64,000 nt of DNA from Octopus sinensis (Eukaryota), in the NCBI RefSeq assembly GCF_006345805.1, contig NC_042999.1:145514001-145578000 (forward strand), read 5' to 3'. The notes beneath the pieces are model-generated. The model was not told where the DNA came from. It saw nothing but the letters and a program-made list of their open reading frames with translations, and ran no database searches. Both the position numbers and the translations under genes were made by a program. Of this stretch, positions 55,568-64,000 are shown piece after piece. The stretch's first letter is position 1. Each line of letters starts with the position of its first letter.

Positions 55568-55725
55568 GGTCTCACTTATGGCTATGATTTCTAACTTGTG
55601 TGACTTTATGTCATTTAAGAGGTACCCTTGTTTCCAAGGGGAACCCAAGCCACGCGCATTTACACAACCAATCTTGATCATAATCCTAATGAATTAGAAT
55701 ACAAGTGAAAGGAGCAGAGGGTTAC

Positions 55726-56330
55726 TTACTGCTCGAAAGTTTTTGCTTTCTCCTCCTTTGGCTTGTCCTCGAGGAGATCCCAGTAAAGTTTCTTTGTGAG
55801 GTATGTTTGGCATTTACCAACCGCACTGGGGAAAATGCCTTTTAGTGTGTGGTGCAGACTTCTGGAGATATGTAATGTTTTGATGTGGTCCAGTGGTGTT
55901 GTGTATGGGTGATTGTTTGTTTTTATGTCATCTTCTGTTATGTTTGTTTTTGATTTGATGTATTCCATCAAATTTGTGTTTTTGGTGTTTATAGCTGTGA
56001 GCATGTTTGCTGTATATATTTTTGTGGTGTTGGTGTGGCTGTTGTTTGAGTTGGGTTTTGAAATGTCTTCGGGAGATGTATTTCCCCCTGCTTTGTTTGT
56101 GTTTGCATTTGGTTTGGTTGTGTTTCTGCTCTTTATTTTCCTTCCTTTTCTAGCTATTTGCCATTCCTCACTGGTTTCGTCTTCCAAACGAATTTTCTGA
56201 GGAATCAGAGGGGGGTAGGGGTATGTTGTAGGCTTCTATGTATGTCTGTGTAAGTGGTTGTGTTGTTGTTTTCGTTGCTGTTGGTTGTTGAGTGTTTGTG
56301 TGTGGTGAGTGCAGTATAAGGGATGGGGAA
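55726..56330 (-). mobile_element. Possible LINE 5' end / ORF1 N-terminus
   Basis: C/A-rich leader, then EEWQIARKGRK, an N/T/K-rich spacer and KIYTANML...EYIKSKTNITEDDIKT; no diagnostic catalytic motif. Confidence 0.35.
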
Positions 56331-56440
56331 TCAGTTTTTGTATATTTTCTTTGTTTTTCTGCTCCTTTCCAAAAAAAGAAAAGCTCTACTTTGTAATCTG
56401 TCCCGTCTGTGTGCAGCCCTCTGTGGCTAATAAAGAAACA

Positions 56441-56523
<83 letters not shown>

Positions 56524-56624
56524 TATCTACTGTATTTCTCACTCAATCCACTTCCCTCTCTCTTACTTTTTTTTCTCTCTCTCTCTCTGTATTTGTGCGT
56601 GTATGTGTGTGTTTTTGTGTGTTT

Positions 56625-56684
<60 letters not shown>

Positions 56685-57984
56685 TTAAAGGGAACGATTG
56701 TCAAGCATATGTACTTTACGCATATGTTTGAAAATGACATTTGTAAAATTATAAGATTTTGTGTTGAGAGGAAAAGCTTTTCAGTAGATTAGGTGGAATT
56801 AATGCTTTGGAAGCAGTTGCGGAATCAAGCAATATTATTATAATGAAATATGGCAACCGCATTAACAAGAAGAATTCATGCTATTTGGTTTGCATATAAA
56901 CGTGTAATGGTTTAGATTTATTGTATATCAGCCCTGTATAGCATGTATTTTGCTCTAAAATTCAACCTCATCACTCACACACCCAAATATAAGCAATAAA
57001 ACTTAATTTCATAATTTAGTGATAACATAAATTACAAACGTACATTTAAACATTCGGGCATAATAAATTAAGCCAGTGAATTGTTATAATCGTTATTGTT
57101 TTGGCTAGACGGTGTTTGCTTCGATAGTCTCAGATCAAATCCAGTCAGAATCAAATTTGCTTTTCATCTCTTTTTAAGGTTGATAAATAAAGTAACAGTT
57201 CTGGGTGGAAGATTAGAAAAATCCTAGTGTGAAACATTCATGTTTTCCTACGCTACTCACCGAAAATTTCCCTAATACCAAGCGATAACTGTCACCGATT
57301 TCTGACTTGGACAATATTGAGATGTAGTGTGGCTGCGTTAGGCTTCATTTAGATACAGTCAGATTTCGGATGCCGTAATCACTATTCGTTGATTCACAAG
57401 TAGGAAGCAATAATGATCTTTACAATATTTATTTCATAAGTATATTTATTGACAGAATCAAAGAATTAGGCCGGCAAAGTTAAAGGAACTTTCCGATAAA
57501 ATGTGCAAGGTAATATATTTTAAATAAAATCTTCAAATCAATGTTTGAAAATATACATCGTTTTCTGAGCTAGTGGACAGCTAAAATAGATTACATGTGG
57601 CGCATTCATTTCATGCGAATTTGATGCATGGCAATGTATAATAAAAAGGCAAAATTATAGAATGACTTATTGAGATCTTCTTGGTTCCTCTTCAAGAAAT
57701 ATATTATTCTGTGATGATTTTATGACCTTTCATACATCTTTAGAAATTTTGCCAACTTAAATAAAGTATTATTGGATTGCATAGTTTACCAGTAGTGTCC
57801 AGTATCATCCAATATAATCAAAAGTCATTTCACATAACGGAATACATACACACACACACACACACACACAAACACACACGCACACACATATATACACACA
57901 TGCAGACTTATGCATGCACAAACACAAAAGCGCGCACACACACACACAGACTTATGCACACGTATGCACGCGCGATTATGTGTG

Positions 57985-58130
57985 TGGCGGTGTGATAAGA
58001 AGTTTGCTTCCGAATACATGGTTCTCAGTTCAATCCTACTGCAACGCAACTTGGGCAAGTGCCTTCTGCTACAACCAAAATCTTGTGAGTGGATATAGTA
58101 GACAAAAACTGAAAGAAGCCCGTCGTATAT
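57985..58130 (+). mobile_element. SINE family B head
   Basis: gtggcggtgtgataagaagtttgcttccgaatacatggttctcagttcaatcc...cttgggcaagtgcc. Confidence 0.8.
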
Positions 58131-58131
58131 A

Positions 58132-58165
<34 letters not shown>

Positions 58166-58169
<4 letters not shown>

Positions 58170-58513
58170 ATGGATGTATATGTGTCTGTGTGTGTGTAGC
58201 TTTATATCTTCTTTTATTTCAGTCATGCTGGTGCACAGGCTTGACGAATTTTAGCCTAGTAAATCGTTCAGAGTACTTAGATATTTATAAGCTGGTACTA
58301 ATTCTATCGGTGTCTTTCGCCGAACCGTTAGGTTTATATATATATTTCTTTTCTCTAGTTTTAACTCAGAGCTGTGGCCATGTATATGTGTCTGTGTGCA
58401 CGCCGTTTTGCTACTCTGTTATTACTAAGAGCCTCCTCTAATATGTGGCACTTGTGAAGCATGGAGTTTGATATAGCTACCCTCATTTGCATCTCTTGCC
58501 GTGAGGTAGGTTC

Positions 58514-58544
<31 letters not shown>

Positions 58545-59038
58545 TAATACCTGGTTTCGGAACAACTCTGATCGCAAGTAAATCGTGCTTTATATATATA
58601 TATATATATATATACAAATATGGATGTATATGTGTCTGTGTGTGTGTAGCTTTATATCCTTCTTTTATTTCAGTCATGCTGGTGCACAGGCTTGACGAAT
58701 TTTAGCCTAGTAAATCGTTCAGAGTACTTAGATATTTATAAGCTGGTACTAATTCTATCGGTGTCTTTCGCCGAACCGTTAGGTTTATATATATATTTCT
58801 TTTCTCTATTTTAACTCAGAGCTGTGGCCATGTATATGTGTCTGTGTGCACCGCCGTTTTGCTACTCTGTTATTACTAAGAGCCTCCTCTAATATGTGGC
58901 ACTTGGTGAAGCATGGAGTTTGATATAGCTACCCTCATTGCATCTCTTGCCGTGAGGTAGGTTCATATATATATATATATATATATACATATATAATACC
59001 TGGTTTCGGAACAACTCTGATCGCAAGTAAATCGTGCT

Positions 59039-59039
<1 letters not shown>
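58166..59039. repeat. Tandem duplication, two ~425-bp units (58166-58590, 58615-59039)
   Basis: Units differ mostly by 1-bp indels; each holds a SINE-B tail, a CR1 3' end and the left half of a MITE. Confidence 0.92.
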
Positions 59040-59085
<46 letters not shown>

Positions 59086-59154
59086 TCATATCATATATAT
59101 AAAGCACGAATTATTCGCGATCAAAGTGGTTCGAAAACCGAGGTTTTACTGTAC
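58990..59154. mobile_element. pogo/Tigger-like MITE with internal (TA)n
   Basis: Inverted arms cctggtttcggaac...cgtgctt / aaagcacg...aaccgagg; right end cgaggttttactg|ta. Confidence 0.65.
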
Positions 59155-59179
59155 ATATATATATAAAATAAAAGAAGGA

Positions 59180-59320
59180 AAATGCACACAGTTTACATAG
59201 TTTTAATTTATTTTTTAATATATGTTATAAGTGAAAGTATATTGTGTTTGTCGACATCGACAAACAATAGATTAAAAAAATAGATTAAAAATTATATTAA
59301 AACTATGTAAACTGTGCACT
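59180..59320. repeat. Small palindromic element
   Basis: acagtttacatagttttaat (59188-59207) / attaaaactatgtaaactgt (59296-59315); centre tgtttgtcga-ca-tcgacaaaca. Confidence 0.85.
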
Positions 59321-59564
59321 TTCATTCTATTATATATATATATATATATATATATATTGCATTACAACTTACCGCGTGGAGATAATCGAAATTCTTCTCC
59401 TCCCTTTTTCGTGGATCGTTGGCGATGTTTTACCTCCGTCTTCCTTTTCTCTTAAACTTTCCTCTTTCACCTGTTTCTGAACTAACGGCTTCATTGAATC
59501 CGAGTGTAAGTGACTAAGCATTCCTCAAGCATGCGACCCTTTTATGTAATTTTCCTATCACATT

Positions 59565-59775
59565 TTAAGGCGGCCAGCTAGCAGGAATGTTAGCACGCCA
59601 GGCAAAAATGTTTTGCGATGTTTGGTCCGTCATTACGTTCCGCTGTGATTAACTTTGCCTTTCATCCTTTCGGTGTCGATAAAGTACGTATCAATTGAGC
59701 CCCTGACGTCGATGTAATCGATTTATTCCCCATGTACCCCGAATTTGCTGTTCTTATGCCAAAATGTGAAACGAG
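59565..59775 (+). mobile_element. SINE family A
   Basis: aaggcggccagctagcaggaatgttagcacgcc...ctttgcctttcatcctttcggtgtcga. Confidence 0.8.
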
Positions 59776-60019
59776 ATCTGTGATGCATGTTACAGTTTGA
59801 CAAAAATATGTACTTCTGAATAAAAGTTTCCATGCATCCAACAGATTTCACTTTAACAAGTTCATTTCACTGACAAGCGCATGAGTTGAATCGAGGCTAC
59901 AGAACATGGCAGAGGAATCGAACTCTAAACTCGATGACTGAAAAGCTTCTTAACTATTCAGTCGTATACTGTGTCTGCATACGTACATTATCGCTGAATA
60001 TACATTCCTATGGCAAAAT

Positions 60020-60260
60020 CGCGTGGAGTAGTGGTAAGGGCGTTGCATTCACGATCTTGCTATCATGCTTTTGATTGGGGGATCGGGCAGTGAGTTGTGC
60101 TCTTGAGCAAACCACTTCCGTTTCTCGTTGCTCTAGTCCACACAGCTCCAAATGAATAGCCCTGCGACAGACTGGAGTCCTCTTCGGTTGCGGTTAGTGA
60201 TCTCGGCCACTTATGCGCCATAGAAATTTGGTAACAGGCTCAATGAGTCTTTGGAGTCGA
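60020..60260 (+). mobile_element. Third tRNA-derived SINE family (V-domain-like)
   Basis: gcgtggagtagtggtaaggg head; tgtgctcttgagcaa; ccctgcgacagactgg resembles the V-SINE domain (from recall). Confidence 0.55.
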
Positions 60261-60579
60261 GACAGTGATGTCCAGTGGTTAATGATGATAACACATTCAT
60301 AGACTTCAGGCTTGAGCAATCGCCCACAAAATTTCGGTAAATGGGAACAGTCGATTACACTCTATATATTACTTGAGTGGCACTTATTTCTCGACTCCTG
60401 GCAGATTCATAGGAAATTCAAGTAGCGAGTTATCAAATTTTAGAGATGCAAATAAACATCACGAAACACAACGTTTTCTAGGCTCGATCTACTGATTCTG
60501 TTAGCCCACCACTATCGTATGTGAACTTAGACTTAACCATTACTCGCAAGCGAGTATGACATAGGCTGCAACATGCTTT

Positions 60580-60835
60580 TGTTAATTGTTTGACGGGGTC
60601 TATGAAGCCGCGAAGAGACATATATCAGCCCTTTTACACTTAACCCAGCAGAACAACGAGAATATGACACTGGGGGCGGGAGGAGTGTTGCTTCAGCACT
60701 CTTAACTGTTGAATAGACAGAATAACGTAAGATGGTGCGCCTTGCCCAAACACACAACGCGGTTCCTGATCCAAGAATCAAAACCTCAGCCTTATGATTG
60801 TGAGCACACTTTTATCGACTAGGCGATGCCCATTC
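60580..60835 (-). mobile_element. Degenerate tRNA-derived SINE
   Basis: ccttgcccaaacacacaacgc...gaatcaaaacctcagccttatgattgtgagc is the reverse complement of a SINE head. Confidence 0.6.
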
Positions 60836-61466
60836 ATTGTGTTCTTGAATGCGCATATATAAATTAGTATCTTTGCTTAGGCATATTCCTAAGCAGAAAT
60901 TAACTGACATACTTACACCCACACGCACACATCACAGTCACATATATGCATACGAATATTTCGAAAAAGATTGATTTGTGAGTTGCTCTGTCCAGTAAAT
61001 TTACAATAAAACTAGTCATATCTACAAACTATATTAATCAGTATCTGTAGGAAATTTTCGGTTGATTTGGCAGTTTTAATGGTTGTATAAACATTTATGA
61101 CAAATTTCATGTCAAAATATCAAGAGAGAATTAATTACTTTTACTCTGACGGAAACATTGAATATCGCAGTTTATAATATTGAGTTAACTGAAAGTGCTA
61201 TTTATGTTTTGATACTTGTTCACGTTAAATACATTTATATTTACGTTAGCAAAACCAGCGGGTGAACATCAGAAATGTAGAATGGTTAATAAGCATTTTT
61301 TTAGGTTTATTTTATCTTTTACTTATTTCAAAAAGGGTATTTTTGAGGGAAGTAAAATAGATATTACTCAGACCGAGAATCGAATATGGTTTCAAAACAT
61401 TGAGAAAAAGTAATATTCAAATATGAGATTCTTCAATCCATGTTAATTGATAGATAAATATCAAGA

Positions 61467-62292
61467 ACTAGCAGTATAACCCGGCCTTGCCCGGGATTAA
61501 ATTGCGATTATTAAGCTAATCAAGTTCTTTATTTCAAACCAAACTAAGTATATAGACGTCAAATTTGGGCGAAATCCGTTGAAATTAGTTATATTATATA
61601 TATATATTATATATATATAATATAATATAAATATATATGGGCAACAGATACTAACACACAAACACACACGTACGTACGCACACCTATTGCATGTTTTGTG
61701 CATGCATACATGTTCATAAACAGAAATGAATGGAAAAAATGTTGTTAAATTTGTAGATTAACACTCGCACAATTTTGACTAAGAAAACAAATCGGTTTTT
61801 TTGCATGGAATCAACAAAAACTCTTTTTGTGGGGTGTGGAGTGGGGGTGTGGTGGAAGCCTCGCAAATTGTACCCATTTATATCGTGTAATTCACTGACA
61901 AATTGTTACTCACCTCTTTGTTTCTTTGTTGTTAAATAAAACGATTGTCAACAAAACACTTTTTTACTCGGCGTAAAATAAAAACAAACTCTTTCGCACC
62001 CAAAGTAATGTGTGTGTGAGAGAAAGGGGGGAGAAAGACTTAAAATCAATAAATGATTTAAAATAAATATATTGTAATTGTTGTGTGAGAAAGCATATAT
62101 ACTATGATTATAAAATATAGTGTCTTTCAAAAACAAAAAACAAAACATATTACATTTTATTTTTTATTAACGTAGTCACTTACTCTCTCTCTCCCTCTCT
62201 CACTTTGTCTTTCCCATGAAACTCTCTGCCTCCTTCTTCCACTTTTCTTTATCTTATTGTTTTTTTGTTAGACGCCGTCAAAAAAGCAATGG

Positions 62293-62324
<32 letters not shown>

Positions 62325-62600
62325 CTCTCTTACTTTGTCTTTCCCGTGAAATTCTCTGCCTCCTTCTTCCATTTTATCTTATTTTTTTTGTTAGACGCCA
62401 TCAAAAAGCAATGGCTGATATTTGTTATGGTTAAAAGCTATGGTTGAAAATGGTTGAAAATAGATTTTTACCCTATCCGCGGGTGCCTCGGGAAAATAAT
62501 AAGTTGACAAAACCCAGATAGTGTATTGACAAATGTCCTCCTAAAATTTGAGCGACATGCGTGCTAATTTGTGGACGTGCATAAATTACAATCACGTACA

Positions 62601-62640
<40 letters not shown>

Positions 62641-62665
62641 CACATCCTCCCTTTTATAGATATGA
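61467..62665 (-). mobile_element. Non-autonomous Helitron, 1.2 kb
   Basis: 5' a|TCATATCTATAAAA; 3' hairpin cccgggcaaggccggg then ttatactgCTAG|t; internal direct repeat ~62180-62290 / 62295-62410. Confidence 0.8.
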
Positions 62666-62719
62666 TGTAGGGAAACTGATTACGACTAATTTACGCAAAT
62701 AGCAACAACACAAACGGTG

Positions 62720-62880
62720 AGAGATCAAATTTTGGTACAAGGCTAGCAATTTCGGGACAGAGAAAAGTCAATTACAACGATCGCAGTGCTCCACTTTATC
62801 GACTCCAAAAAGATGAAAGGCAAAGACGACCTCGGCGGAATTTGTAACTTTAAGACAGACGAAGTACTACGAAGCATTTT
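62720..62880 (-). mobile_element. SINE family A, partial
   Basis: caaattttggtacaagg...gatgaaaggcaaagacgacctcggcggaatttg. Confidence 0.8.
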
Positions 62881-62882
62881 AA

Positions 62883-63095
62883 TCTAAGAGGAGATGGAAG
62901 CTTCAGCGAAGGAGTTCTTCGCCTTGAAAGACAAGATCTGGTATCAGCGTGGGATCAAAGAACTGGCAGAAAGGTGATTTCAAACGGTGCAACAAGATCG
63001 CCCCCACGTTGACTGATCAGCTGCTTTTGTTGTAACATGAAGAGTAAAGCAATTGAGTTACTAAAATATTGAAAAGCATTTGACTCAACACTACA
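62883..63095 (+). mobile_element. mariner 3' end (transposase C-terminus and TIR)
   Basis: EEMEASAKEFFALKDKIWYQRGIKELAER*FQTV matches the mariner FF.SK...WY..GI..L.ERW pattern. Confidence 0.75.
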
Positions 63096-63566
63096 TATTT
63101 TTCCGCCTCTGTATTGCATTTTAATGTACTAAAAAAAAAAGGATTCTGTGAACTACATCTGAAGTAAAGTAGAATAAATTCACTGCACTTGAGGTTTATT
63201 TTCCCCTATTAATTGCTTTAAAACAAACCAGCAGACACACACAAATAAACACACACACAAACACACAGACGCCCACACACACACACACACATTCACACCT
63301 ATGCATGTATGTATGTATGTATGTATGTATGTATGTATGTATGTATGTATGTATGTATGTATGTATGTATGTATGTATGTGCGTATGTATGTATGTGCTT
63401 GAGATACTCATCCTGCCTTAGTTTTGTTGTACCTTTTCCTCTAATATATATCAGCTAACTCGGAAGATTACTATGGACCCCTAGAATTTACAAATTATAG
63501 CATTTACATAGCGTATCTATTCGTTTAGATCACCGGTGGATTAAACCCCTCATATGCTTTATATAT

Positions 63567-63600
<34 letters not shown>

Positions 63601-63629
63601 ATATATATATATATATACATATATATGTA

Positions 63630-63663
<34 letters not shown>

Positions 63664-63759
63664 CATATATATATATACACATATGTATACAGGCACATAT
63701 ATATACACACATATATATATACATACACACATATATATACATATATATGTATATATTTG

Positions 63760-63810
<51 letters not shown>

Positions 63811-63852
63811 CATACATGTATAAAAAAATACATTATGTTTATTTTTGTGTTC

Positions 63853-63888
63853 CTTTCTGTTGAAGAGCGAAGGCTCGAAATGTAAAAG
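63853..63888 (+). ncRNA. Minimal hammerhead-like motif in a solo Penelope-type terminus (CUGUUGA core)
   Basis: cttt-CTGTTGA-a-gagc-gaag-gctc-GAAAT-GT-A-aaag; stems I and II pair perfectly. Confidence 0.6.
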
Positions 63889-64000
63889 ACTTTCACACTT
63901 TCCTAGCGTTAAACTAATACATCTGTTTGTTGTTTACCCACCCGTCTTCGTGTTTTTTTTTGTTTGTAAATTCTCACCATATATGTATATATATATATAT

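Overview
This is a 64-kb, AT-rich eukaryotic region dominated by repeats, and I could not identify any host protein-coding gene in it. Dense (AT)n/(ATAC)n/(ATAG)n/(AC)n/(AAT)n microsatellites and two abundant tRNA-derived SINE families resemble an octopus genome; this is recognition from memory, not a database result. Most ORFs in the supplied track are microsatellite translations. The real coding remnants all come from mobile elements: Penelope-like elements (RT and GIY-YIG pieces), R4/Dong-like REL-endonuclease LINEs, a Tx1/L1-like 3' end, a 2.8-kb CR1-group ORF2, an RTE, a Tc3-like Tc1/mariner, mariner/hAT/pogo MITEs and Helitrons. Main findings: (1) several minimal hammerhead-ribozyme (HHR) folds in Penelope-type termini, including a duplicated one whose core reads GUGAACA (a C3:G8 to G3:C8 swap); (2) a Penelope copy with an uninterrupted GIY-YIG frame and a ~660-bp inverted terminal arm; (3) an RTE insertion with a twin-priming-like 5' inversion and a 13-bp TSD, nested in a Tc3 TIR; (4) a ~1-kb local inverted duplication inside a Dong element; (5) a ~640-bp foldback palindrome. 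I see no evidence of a new multi-gene system. Coordinates were counted by hand, and degenerate element boundaries are approximate.
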